Assembly (NCBI GenBank): GCA_035250975.1
Contig: DATFEP010000014.1
Location: 44,646 to 108,645 of the forward strand
Reading direction: 5' to 3'
Length of the DNA: 64,000 bases
Origin: Nitrososphaeraceae archaeon
GTDB taxonomy: Archaea > Thermoproteota > Nitrososphaeria > Nitrososphaerales > Nitrososphaeraceae
In this document: in pieces, positions 45,920 through 55,936 of the stretch
Layout: every line of letters begins with the position of its first letter
How positions within the stretch are numbered: position 1 is the first letter of the stretch
Position numbers and translations under genes: made by a program
The notes under the pieces: model-generated
Seen by the model: the letters and a program-made list of their open reading frames with translations, nothing else
The model's database searches: none
Told to the model about the DNA's origin: nothing

Positions 45920-47320
45920 ATGGGCCAAGATCCCAACTCAATCAAGGTTTTCATTAGTTATTCTCATGAGGATAGTGAAAAAGCCAAACGTCTTTATTCA
46001 AAATTAAAGGAGTGGAACGTAGATCCTTGGTTTGATCAGGAATCGCTTAGAGCAGGTGAGAAATGGGAGGTAAAGATAAAGGAAGCAATCAAAAATAGTC
46101 AGTATTTTATACCAGTATTATCCAAAAATTCGACAGAGGAAACAGGATACGTATTAAAAGAGTTAAATGATGCCATAAAAATTCTTAAAGAACTTCCGGA
46201 CTCTAAGATCTATATAATACCTATACGTGTCGATGATTGCCAAGTACTAGAATCAACAGTTGAAGAACTTCAAAAAATTCAAGAACTTCATATTGTTGAC
46301 CTCTTTCCAGATGAAGAATGGAATAAAGGGTTTCAGAAAATATTGGATGCAATGGGAATTGAAGATAAACCAGATAAATTAGGTAAGGAATACTGGGAAA
46401 GTTTACTGACTGATATCGATAAAAAAGAATGTATTCCAGTCATAGGGGATGGATCGCTGGAATCCTATGATCGACAGGACGATGAAGCCTTTCTCACAAC
46501 TAAAGAAATCGCCTTGGAATTGGCAGAAAAAAATGACTACCCTTTGGATGATCCCTCTCAGTTATCGAAGGTTACTCAATATTTAGCAATACGTGAAAAT
46601 AATGAAATGTATCCAAAAAATGTAGTTAGTAATATGCTCGGTCGTTTAAAACCTCCCGATTTTGCAAATAAATATAGAAGATCTCTTCATGCAGTCCTTA
46701 CCAAGTTAAATTTGCCAATATACATTACTACCACTTACGATCTCTTCATGGAAGAAGCCTTGAAGAGTGATGGAAAGGAGCCTCACAGTGAGTGTTGTCG
46801 CTGGAATGATGACTTGCGTAAGTTGACAACATATGGAGGTTTTCCTTCCGTGTTTGATAAAAAATCAGGATATAAGATACCTACAGAAAAGGATCCACTA
46901 GTATATCATCTTCATGGGTCCATCGAGTATCCTAATTCCATGGTTTTGACCGAACGAGATTATTTCGATTTTGTTATTAATATGAATAAAATAGAAGATG
47001 AAAAAGTAATGCTACCATCGGTTCTTAGAACTAAAATAACACAATCTACACTATTATTTCTTGGATATCGCTTAGATGATATAGATTTTCGTTCAATATT
47101 TCAAGGAGCACTCAGCTTTTATGCAAGTACACGTGGTATGAAAAATAATTTTGTAATAATACAGCTTCCAGATATCGATGATTACGGTAAAAGAAAAAAG
47201 GTAATACAGTATTTAAGAGACAAATCTAAAAATATGTTTCATTTAATTGTTTACTGGGGAAGTATTGATGAATTTGTAGAAGAATTATTGAAAAATTGGG
47301 AAAAATTTAAAAATGGATAG
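45920..47320 (+). CDS. TIR domain + SIR2-like (SIR2_2) domain protein
   Basis: VFISYSHED..WFDQESLRAGEKW..KEL (TIR); CIPVIGDGS, YITTTYD, VYHLHGS, VLTERDY, LLFLGYRLDD.DF (SIR2). Confidence 0.88.
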   Translation: MGQDPNSIKVFISYSHEDSEKAKRLYSKLKEWNVDPWFDQESLRAGEKWEVKIKEAIKNSQYFIPVLSKNSTEETGYVLKELNDAIKILKELPDSKIYIIPIRVDDCQVLESTVEELQKIQELHIVDLFPDEEWNKGFQKILDAMGIEDKPDKLGKEYWESLLTDIDKKECIPVIGDGSLESYDRQDDEAFLTTKEIALELAEKNDYPLDDPSQLSKVTQYLAIRENNEMYPKNVVSNMLGRLKPPDFANKYRRSLHAVLTKLNLPIYITTTYDLFMEEALKSDGKEPHSECCRWNDDLRKLTTYGGFPSVFDKKSGYKIPTEKDPLVYHLHGSIEYPNSMVLTERDYFDFVINMNKIEDEKVMLPSVLRTKITQSTLLFLGYRLDDIDFRSIFQGALSFYASTRGMKNNFVIIQLPDIDDYGKRKKVIQYLRDKSKNMFHLIVYWGSIDEFVEELLKNWEKFKNG

Positions 47321-50300
47321 CTCTGGAGAATCATCCCAATCTTCCAATGGAGAGAACAAAAATTATTATGAACCTTACATAGGACCCCGCGCTTTCGGTA
47401 GAACTGAGGATGATGAGGAACGATTCTTTGGAAGAGACGAGGAAACTCAAGAGATTGTTGCTCTTATTTCTTCTCATAAGCTCGTTTTGATTTATGCCCA
47501 ATCAGGGGCAGGAAAGACATCCATAATGAATGCTGAGGTTATTCCAACTTTAGAAAGATATGGATTTATGGTTCTTCCAGTGACCAGAGTGAGAGTTTCT
47601 TCCGATATTGTTTATGACCAGTCATCATATGATAATTCGATATATAAGACACAAATATCAAATGTTTATATTTTTAATGCTCTTACAAGTCTCAAATCAG
47701 ATACAGACCCGCAATTATTCAAGAATAAAACATTATCTGAATTTTTAAAAGAATATTTCCCTTCTAACAAAGAAAAGAATGGAAAGAACCGTCCACAAGT
47801 ATTAATATTTGACCAGCTCGAAGAAATTTTTAGCATTTTTCCAAAGAATTGGAAAGAGCAAAGAGAAGATTTCTTTAACCAAGTAACAAATGCCTTGAAT
47901 GATATTATTCCACTTCAAGTTGTATTTATTATTAGAGAAGACTATTTAGCTCAATTAGATACTTATAGGGATCTCCTTCCTGAAAAATTGAGACCACGTT
48001 TTAGACTCGAACGACTGAATCAAGATTCGGCTTTATCAGCAGTTCAAGGTCCATTAAAAAAAATTCCAAAAGATTTCATGAAAGAAAAAAAAGAGGATGT
48101 GGAAAGAGAAATAAAAAGATTAATCAAAGAGTTGATGAAAATTCAAGTTGAAGATTCACTAGGTAGGACACATCAGGTAGAAGGTGAATTTATAGAACCA
48201 ATACAGCTACAGGTTGTTTTTAGGAGATGGTGGAAAAACAAACAAAGCCTTCATGACAAAAATAACGAAGACAAAATGGTTGATATATTTGAAGTAGATA
48301 AAGCGTTGGAAGATTTCTATGATGAAGCCATTCATCAATGTCTTCAAACTGGAACATCTGAGGATGAAATTAGAAAATGGTGTGAAGAAAAATTAATTAC
48401 TTCTAGTGGAACTCGTAGTATTGTTCATCGAGGTTTACAGGATACTGAAGACTTGAAAAATAACGTCATCGAAATTCTTGAAAATAAATATTATTTGATT
48501 AGGGGAGAATGGCGTGCTGGAGCAAAATGGTATGAACTTGCACATGATCGATTAATTAATCCAATAAAATCATCAAATCAGAGATGGAGAAGAGAGCAGG
48601 AATTAAAAAAGAGATCCACGATTAAAAAAGTTGCTATACCATCAATAATAACAGCTGTTATGATAGGCATAGCTCTTTCTATGTATTTTGCACCTATTCA
48701 GTATGATATAAATTCCTTTGAGGATATTAAGTTGAGTGAAACTCCATACATACTGGCTGTGAATTCAGGTACTGGAGCTGTATATGCTTCTAATGCTCCT
48801 GATACTAACATAACTGTGATAGATGGAGAAAGTGACAAAGTTACTAAATATATTCAGGTAAAATATAAACCGTTCGACATAGAAGTTGATCCGAAGAGGG
48901 ATACATTATATGTGACACATCCAGAGAGCGATAAAATATCTGTTATAGATTTGAAAAAAGACCAGGACAATTTTAAATACCTAGACTCCAAGGGACGTCC
49001 TTCTTTTATGGGGTTAGATTCTAATAATTCCCTATTATACGTAACTAACTTTGCAGGTAGCACTGTGTCTGTTATTAATTTAACTACAAACAATGTGCAG
49101 GATACTGTGAAGGTGGGAAGAAATCCTATGGGCATAGACATAGATTCCGGGACGGCATATGTAACTAATTCTAGGGATAACACTGTGTCTGTTATAGATT
49201 TAACTACAAACAATGTGCAGGATACTGTGAAGGTGGGAAGAAATCCTACAGATATAGAGATAGATTCGGGTAAGGCATATGTAACTAATTGGATAGACAA
49301 TACTGTGTCTGTTATAGATTTAACTATAAATAAGGTTCAACATACTGTGAATGTGGGAAGAAATCCTACAGATATAGAGATCAATCCTTCTTCTAGTAAG
49401 GTATTTGTAGCTCATTCTGGAGACACAATCGTGTCTGTTATAGATCCACAATTAGATATCGTAGTGGGAACATTGAAAGTAGGCGAAGGAAAGCGACCCA
49501 TTGCATTAGGAATAAATTCAGTTCAAAATATATTATATGTAGCTCGTCATAACGATAACTTCATAAGAGCTATAGACATGAAGGACCATCCGTCAACAGA
49601 AGTTTTGTCCAATATCCCAGTAGCCACTCACCCTTCTGGAATAGCAATTGCGACATCTCAAGATAATAAAACCAAAACGGTATACGTAACTAACAAAGGC
49701 TCCAATAGTGTAAGTATCATAGATGGAATTACAAACATGGTTAAAAAAGTTCTTCAGGTTGGACAAGAGCCCAGCGATATAGATATTAATTCTAACACTA
49801 AAAAATTATATGTGTCTAATTCACTTTCAAACAGTATATCTGTTATAGACATAGGCAAGGAAGAAGTTGAGTATACGATAGATTCCATCGGTAAAAGCCC
49901 AATCAAACTAGCAGTTGACGATAATAAAGATTTAATATATGTGATTAACAACGGCTCTAACAACGTATCTGTTATAAATGGAACTACAAGAGAAGTTATA
50001 GGAGATATAAAAGTGAAAGATATGCCTACAGATATTGTTGTCGATTCCAATAATCATCTAGTATATGTAACTAATTCTGATAATTCTTCTTCTTCTGTAT
50101 CTGTTATAAATGGAACTACAAGAGAAGTTATCGGAGACATACCTATGAATCCTAATAATACAAAATCTGTTGGAGATAAACCTACAGATATTCTTGTTGA
50201 TTCAAAGGACAAGCGAGCATATATAGTTACGCAGGATGGTAAAATCGTCAAGCTAGAAACGCAAAAAATTACAGATAAGAATAGCCAGTTTAACTATAAT

Positions 50301-50450
50301 ATAACGGATTATGTTACAATTGTTGCCGATAATTTTGGTAAACTTCCTGGTTTGGATTTAAATTCGGAAATCGCTTTAAATTCAGAATCTGATGAAATTT
50401 ATATCACTAGTATGGAAAAGAATGTTATGTACATTCTTCATACGAAGTAA
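47313..50450 (+). CDS. STAND (nSTAND1-like) P-loop ATPase + single TM + YVTN/YncE beta-propeller
   Basis: PYIGPRAF..FFGRDEE, Walker A YAQSGAGKTS, Walker B VLIFDQLEE, IREDY, PIQLQVV, YELAHDRL; TM VAIPSIITAVMIGIALSMYF; about 13-14 YVTN..VSVID blades. Confidence 0.9.
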   Translation: MDSSGESSQSSNGENKNYYEPYIGPRAFGRTEDDEERFFGRDEETQEIVALISSHKLVLIYAQSGAGKTSIMNAEVIPTLERYGFMVLPVTRVRVSSDIVYDQSSYDNSIYKTQISNVYIFNALTSLKSDTDPQLFKNKTLSEFLKEYFPSNKEKNGKNRPQVLIFDQLEEIFSIFPKNWKEQREDFFNQVTNALNDIIPLQVVFIIREDYLAQLDTYRDLLPEKLRPRFRLERLNQDSALSAVQGPLKKIPKDFMKEKKEDVEREIKRLIKELMKIQVEDSLGRTHQVEGEFIEPIQLQVVFRRWWKNKQSLHDKNNEDKMVDIFEVDKALEDFYDEAIHQCLQTGTSEDEIRKWCEEKLITSSGTRSIVHRGLQDTEDLKNNVIEILENKYYLIRGEWRAGAKWYELAHDRLINPIKSSNQRWRREQELKKRSTIKKVAIPSIITAVMIGIALSMYFAPIQYDINSFEDIKLSETPYILAVNSGTGAVYASNAPDTNITVIDGESDKVTKYIQVKYKPFDIEVDPKRDTLYVTHPESDKISVIDLKKDQDNFKYLDSKGRPSFMGLDSNNSLLYVTNFAGSTVSVINLTTNNVQDTVKVGRNPMGIDIDSGTAYVTNSRDNTVSVIDLTTNNVQDTVKVGRNPTDIEIDSGKAYVTNWIDNTVSVIDLTINKVQHTVNVGRNPTDIEINPSSSKVFVAHSGDTIVSVIDPQLDIVVGTLKVGEGKRPIALGINSVQNILYVARHNDNFIRAIDMKDHPSTEVLSNIPVATHPSGIAIATSQDNKTKTVYVTNKGSNSVSIIDGITNMVKKVLQVGQEPSDIDINSNTKKLYVSNSLSNSISVIDIGKEEVEYTIDSIGKSPIKLAVDDNKDLIYVINNGSNNVSVINGTTREVIGDIKVKDMPTDIVVDSNNHLVYVTNSDNSSSSVSVINGTTREVIGDIPMNPNNTKSVGDKPTDILVDSKDKRAYIVTQDGKIVKLETQKITDKNSQFNYNITDYVTIVADNFGKLPGLDLNSEIALNSESDEIYITSMEKNVMYILHTK
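49041..49390 (+). repeat. three near-identical 120-bp tandem units (40-aa propeller blades)
   Basis: units begin GTAACTAA at 49041, 49161, 49281 and share ACTGTGTCTGTTAT..ATTTAACTA..GTGGGAAGAAATCCTA. Confidence 0.9.
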
Positions 50451-50669
50451 TAACTAGTGCAAGGTTTAAAGAGTGAAAGATCAAGTGTATATTGGGCACC
50501 GTAGATATAAAATATCTAATAATATACTGCATATATAAAAAAGTAAATATGTAAACATATTAACAAAATTTTCACTTTGATTTATAGGTTGTCAATAAAT
50601 AAATAAATTCATTATGTAAAGTGTCTATAATGATCATGACATAGTCTTCTATCCTAAATTTGGCAGTTA

Positions 50670-51489
50670 GCGAGTAAGCATTTAACTGTAGTAGACACAG
50701 ATAGATCCTTTTTTTCATACCTTGTAAATAATTTCCTGAACCTATTATGCCATGAATTCGTTCTCTCCACGTGTCATCTTCTTGTAGGACGTCTGTTATT
50801 ATTGAGTTTTTTTTCTTCTCTTATGCGTTGTATATGTAAATATATTCTCATTTGACAATTGTTCTGTTTTTTGAATCGTGTGTTTTATAAAGAGACATGG
50901 TTGCTTTTTCATCTTCCTGTTTGTATATTTCGTTGTTGATTTTGAAAAAGGTCTTTTGATAACTATGATGTGAAATTGCAGCAGTAATGTCATGAGAATT
51001 TGGAGATGTTACAACAGTAGAACGTGTGATACCTTGCTTACGTGTTAAAATATGTCTTTACGTTTTAAACCTTCTTCTATCAACAGGATCATGTCAGGTA
51101 ATCGCCTTTCAAATGTCATTTTACTGATATCTTTCAAGAGACTGCCATTTCCAAGTTATTCACTGTTTATTAAGAATACCAAGTTGACTCTCTTGCCGAA
51201 ATCTTCCGGACATGTTGAACCAGAACCATATCCTTCCGGTACCATATATTTTTCATCAACATCCAGTCCTCAGGAGAATTATGATACCATCAATTAGTTT
51301 TCCCTACGGTAGATTAGGACGGCCTGTGGTGTTATCCGCTTTCTCATCCGGTGCAACATTTTTAATCTCATTTCAAAGATCATCTGCACTACGTGTGCTG
51401 GTTCTAAAGAACTTTTTATTCTTAAACAAACATTACCAGATACAACAAGAAACCAACAAGCCACTTCGTATCTCTTTTTGGGTAGGCTC
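50670..51489 (-). mobile_element. degenerate IS5-family element (related to 9517-10235)
   Basis: minus-strand GIIILLRTGC..PEGYGSGSTC and VERTNSWHNRFRKLFTRYEKK; element start GAGCCTACCCAAAA on the minus strand. Confidence 0.8.
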
Positions 51490-51605
51490 CAAGTATTTTG
51501 ATATGTACGATTGATACAGTAGAGAATTAATACAGTACATTATCCATAGCAGATTTGCAGATATCTTTAAAAATAAGAATGCAGAATAATATTCTAGACC
51601 CAAAT

Positions 51606-51818
51606 ATGGAAAAAAAATCCCTATTAGCAGTTTTAATTCCCATTATTGCGTTTAACGCTGTAATGGTTTCGCCAGTGTTTGCAATAGATGGACAAGACAA
51701 TAATGTAAGTGAAATGCAGTACTATGGTGGTGGATATTGCTGCTCTATCATAGAGGAGCCAACGTATAATTTACATCCAATGATGATAGTTTCTAGCGTA
51801 TTAGAAGGAAATACATAG
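51606..51818 (+). CDS. small secreted peptide
   Basis: MEKK + hydrophobic core + SPVFA cleavage site; mature part contains YYGGGYCC. Confidence 0.5.
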   Translation: MEKKSLLAVLIPIIAFNAVMVSPVFAIDGQDNNVSEMQYYGGGYCCSIIEEPTYNLHPMMIVSSVLEGNT

Positions 51819-52399
51819 TTACATTAATTCTAATACCGTTTCCAATATTATAAGTAGGAGAATTTTATTTCGTGCTTATATGTAAATTTTTTTTATGTCA
51901 CGTTCAGATCAAGATAATCTAAATATTCATTTATAATAATACAGCACCTATCTAAAAATATTGATAAAGGAAGAATGCAATTTACTTGATATTTTCAAAT
52001 AAAAATATAGAGGCATCTATACAAAGAGGTATATTTTTCGAAACTCATTAATTTGAAGATCGAATATATGGAAATTTTCGGGAAATTATCAGTGAGTGAT
52101 TCTAACGAAACAAATTATTCACCTATGCTTTGAGATAACTATAAAGTATACAAGAATAAAAAAGGTTAGTTGCGCGAGAATTAAAACGTAGCTCCAATAT
52201 CTATTTTTAAATTTTAAGAGAATAAATTTAAAAAAATGTTCAAGAGACCATAGTGTATTTGTGCAATGAAAAATAAGAATCACGGATACTTGTAAAATTA
52301 CTATTTAACTATAGATTCAATCTCCTCTTATCTTCATAAGGTAAAATACTCATAGTAATTTTTCTTACTTTTGTTCGAGATTGTAGTTTTATATCTAAA

Positions 52400-52435
52400 A
52401 ATAAATAATTTTTCGGCGCCGAAAAATTATTTATT
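52400..52435. repeat. 36-bp perfect palindrome
   Basis: AATAAATAATTTTTCGGCGCCGAAAAATTATTTATT equals its own reverse complement. Confidence 0.95.
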
Positions 52436-53020
52436 ATAATGTATAATTGAAATATAAAAAATTCCTTAAAAGTTATGTAAATCCATAGATTAACAATTAA
52501 CTAACATTTACCTTTGTGGCAATCATGTCTGATGTATCTTTAGCTCGGTGTATATCTACAAAATTATCGCTTGGTAAGATGCACTCATCTCATAGAAATC
52601 GCAGATAAAGACGTCAAAAAAAACAGCTGGGTTAACCGAAATATTTGTGTCTTTTCTTAAAATATTTTGGAGTGCATTCCAAAAATTAATCTGCTGAAAA
52701 TAATTGTAATAAATTAAAGATCCTGTATTTCATCGACAGGCATAGGTGATATCACTATTCTTCGATAGAAAGAGCTCTGCCCATGTCAATTCTCTTGAGT
52801 TTGCTATTTTTTGTATGATTTTTTTGTTCTTTTTTCATGTATTTATAGACAGATATTTACTCATACTAAGCTTCTCTTGCTACTGTCTGTCTATCTTTTT
52901 GGCAGGATGTAGTCTCTGTCTCTAAGAGGCTTGTCCTCAAAAGCTCATTTGTGACTAGGCTCAAGACCATAATAATATTAGTAATTAGTGGGAACATTAT
53001 ATTTGGATGTCTGGATTGAT

Positions 53021-54406
53021 TTAATCTATCTTTTTCTGGATTGCTTCTTCTATTTTTTTTGTCCATGGTACAAGTTCATTCCTTTTTTCTCTTGCCTTTC
53101 TTATGGTACGTAAATTTCTCAAGGTAGTTTCACCTTCCCATCTTTCCCTTAAATGAGATAATGCTTTTGAAAGGAAATTAAAAGATGTCTCTTTATTTTT
53201 CGCAAGAATTGCCAGTTCTAATAGAGTGGCATAATCCCAGTAATCAGGCTTACCCTTTGTAATTTTTCGTTCGACAGAATATTTAACCACAGGAATGAGA
53301 TCCATTATTTTTGGATCTGGATTCTTTTTTATCTCCATCAAAGTAACAGCGTTAATCCCGGGATATGTGTCCCTCCAATCACTTTCAAATCCTTTTAGAT
53401 ATGCATCAATAGCTTGATCTAGATATGCATCTGATAAGTAATAGGATTCATTATTGTCTTTGTCATTTCCTTTTTGTCTTTCTTCCTTGTTGTATTCTTT
53501 TTCCCATCTATCTTTATAGACACGACCCAAAATACCATAGGTTTCACTACTAGGTCCTTTTTTTTCTATAAGCGATAACAAAATCCTTTCTGCTTCCTCA
53601 CTATGGCCTGCCCTATTAAGAGCAAAAGCATACTGCTCTTGAACAAGAGTAGTGGAATACAAAGGTTCCGGCATTAAAGTAACAAATTCAGCCATCTCCT
53701 CCCATTCTTCTTTTTTCTTTGCTAATGCTCTGTAAGAAAGAAAGATATCTATTATTACTCCGGCTTCTTGGTTCTTGATATCCTTTAATGATAAAACAAA
53801 ATTTCTCAGATCAATAATATTCTTTTCTCTTCGTATTTGTGCTAACTGTTTCTTTAATTCCTCAGAATAATTTACTCTTTCTCGAAAAACATCAGTTTTT
53901 ATGTGTTGAATATCTGGAAATCCTTCAACTAATTGAAATATGGGGCTATCTGTATTAGGATTTTGTGCTTCAATCAGTCTTCTTTTTAAAATCTCTTTTG
54001 ACTTATTGTTTGCTTGTTGATCAGGTTTGCCTGAATAAGAATCAAGTTTATACGGGATAGCATGAAGAGGAGCTATATCAAATGGTAGTTGTTTTGTTCC
54101 TTCTGCAAACAACAAGACTGTACTATAGGGACGTACTGCATGTCTAACTCCCAATTCATAAAATACATTAGGATTAGCAGTGGTAAGATCTACAACAGCA
54201 TATTCACATAAAATTAATCTTTCAAACATTGGTTTATGAATTACTCCACCTACTTTCTCTTCGTCTGCTCTAATTGGTTTTAGACCTGCCTCTTCAATAG
54301 CTGGAAAAATAAGGTTGTTATAAACAGAATCAAAATCTATCAAAAGCCCACCATTATCAGCCTTTTTACCAAACGGCATGAGAACAAAACATAGTGGGGA
54401 AGACAC
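53021..54406 (-). CDS. DUF4071/MAP3K TRAFs-binding family protein (deoxyribohydrolase-like N-domain + TPR sensor)
   Basis: CFVLMPFG, RADEE..GG.IH..MF, DLTTANPNVFYELGVRHA, Q.AFALNR, ETYGILGRVYKD, YPGINAVTL, DYWDYAT. Confidence 0.88.
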   Translation of the reverse strand: MSSPLCFVLMPFGKKADNGGLLIDFDSVYNNLIFPAIEEAGLKPIRADEEKVGGVIHKPMFERLILCEYAVVDLTTANPNVFYELGVRHAVRPYSTVLLFAEGTKQLPFDIAPLHAIPYKLDSYSGKPDQQANNKSKEILKRRLIEAQNPNTDSPIFQLVEGFPDIQHIKTDVFRERVNYSEELKKQLAQIRREKNIIDLRNFVLSLKDIKNQEAGVIIDIFLSYRALAKKKEEWEEMAEFVTLMPEPLYSTTLVQEQYAFALNRAGHSEEAERILLSLIEKKGPSSETYGILGRVYKDRWEKEYNKEERQKGNDKDNNESYYLSDAYLDQAIDAYLKGFESDWRDTYPGINAVTLMEIKKNPDPKIMDLIPVVKYSVERKITKGKPDYWDYATLLELAILAKNKETSFNFLSKALSHLRERWEGETTLRNLRTIRKAREKRNELVPWTKKIEEAIQKKID

Positions 54407-54727
54407 TATAGTCTATAACAATATGGATGATAAAAAGATATTTAATAAATAAAAACAATATTAAAAAGAGGTAATACGTGTTACAAGATAATAGTTTAAA
54501 AATCTATTAGTAGATACTGACAATTACTGAATTAAATTGTTAATAAAAGTAGAATTTATTTCTTTTATGTCTTTTAAATATAAAATGGAAAATTCTTGAT
54601 AACTCTAATGTATAACAAGAAGATGCGATCAAAATTTTGGAAGGTACAATTAAGAGGCTTTTAATTGAATTTCCCAAATTTTTAAAGAATTTCACAAAAA
54701 AAATAAATACTTTAAAACAAGATAAAT

Positions 54728-55936
54728 ATGGATCTGAAAAAAATTTTTGTGTCATATAGCAGGGCTGATGGAGGTGATTTTGCGGATCATATCCAAGAAC
54801 ACTATGAAAAAGATGGGCATCAGGTTTTTATTGATTTTTACGATATAAAACCAGGAGAAGACTGGTCAGAGACTATAAGAAATTCAATAACTGAATCTGA
54901 TTTTGTAGCTGTAATTGTAACTCGTTCAGCACTGAGAAGTACAGAAGTGGAAAAAGAAATTTTGGAAGCAAGAAAACAAAATAAGACTATAATCCCATGT
55001 AGATATAAAGGAATCTTGTGGACTGATTTAAAGTGGGATTTGAATAAATTGCAAGGTTTCCAATTTGATAATAAAAATTCTTTGATTAGACAACTCGATG
55101 ACATAATTTTTAGTGAAAATAGATCTGCTATTCCAAGTTTACACGAAGAGAAGGAAGAAGAACTAGGAATTCGTAATCAGGAGTTTAGACGTAAAAAATT
55201 AATAAAAATGATATCTATAACAATTATTTCAATCATTGCAATTACAGGAGTTGTTATTGGAATCGTAGGTTTTACGCCTCAACCTTCACCCGGTACGATA
55301 GATAGTGGGACCAATGGGACCAATAACGAAGCAACAATTCAGCCTGATGTAGATACTTTATTTTCCTCTGCACTCTCATCTTATAAAATAGGGGAATATT
55401 CTGACGCTGTATCTTCTTTTGATAAGGTACTTCAAATAGAGCCAAACAATGTCACAGCTCTATTCTTGAAAGGCTCTTCACTATTTAAAGATGCAAAGTA
55501 TCCTGACGCTGTATCTTCTTTTGATAAAGTAATTAACATCAATGCAAATAATACAGACGCCTTGTTATACAAAGGATTATCCCTTTACAATTTAGAAAAA
55601 TACAATGATGCTATAGCTGAATTTAACAGAATACGTGCCGTAGAACCAACAAACACAGACGCCTTGCTATACAAAGGATTATCTCTTTATAATTTAGTGA
55701 GATACAATGAGGCTATAGCTGAATTTAACAGAGTACTTGCAGTAGAACCAACAAACACAGACGCCTTGCTATACAAAGGATTATCTCTTTACAATTTAGA
55801 GAGATACAATGAAGCAGTTGCATATTATAATAGAGTATTAGAAATAGATCCAAATAACATAAATGCAACAAAAGAAAAAGAGAAAATCCAACAAATCCAA
55901 CAAAAAGAATCAATTATAAATAGCAGCAAAAAATAA
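54728..55936 (+). CDS. TIR domain + single TM + TPR repeat protein
   Basis: IFVSYSRAD..VFID..IKPGEDW..KEI (TIR); RRKKLIK then a ~22-aa hydrophobic helix; 5 TPRs, the last three near-identical at DNA level (102-bp period). Confidence 0.88.
   Translation: MDLKKIFVSYSRADGGDFADHIQEHYEKDGHQVFIDFYDIKPGEDWSETIRNSITESDFVAVIVTRSALRSTEVEKEILEARKQNKTIIPCRYKGILWTDLKWDLNKLQGFQFDNKNSLIRQLDDIIFSENRSAIPSLHEEKEEELGIRNQEFRRKKLIKMISITIISIIAITGVVIGIVGFTPQPSPGTIDSGTNGTNNEATIQPDVDTLFSSALSSYKIGEYSDAVSSFDKVLQIEPNNVTALFLKGSSLFKDAKYPDAVSSFDKVININANNTDALLYKGLSLYNLEKYNDAIAEFNRIRAVEPTNTDALLYKGLSLYNLVRYNEAIAEFNRVLAVEPTNTDALLYKGLSLYNLERYNEAVAYYNRVLEIDPNNINATKEKEKIQQIQQKESIINSSKK

Noticed and set aside
48854-50251. Minus-strand ORFs within the propeller gene, and similar shadow ORFs at 6093, 7143, 9065, 20940, 21762, 57748, 61959 and 63670
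   Set aside because: Fully overlap well-supported genes on the opposite strand and have no motifs
50799-51514. Short ORFs 50799-50993, 51052-51297 and 51212-51514
   Set aside because: Off-frame or antisense pieces of the decayed IS5 transposase
52860-52965. HEARO/omega-RNA-like motif on the minus strand (GACAAGCCTC...GAGACTAC)
   Set aside because: Only a short resemblance, no IscB/HNH ORF follows, and IS-end similarity explains it equally well
54560-54745. Possible remnant of a SIR2 C-terminus overlapping the TIR-TM-TPR start
   Set aside because: Similarity is too weak to support by eye in AT-rich DNA
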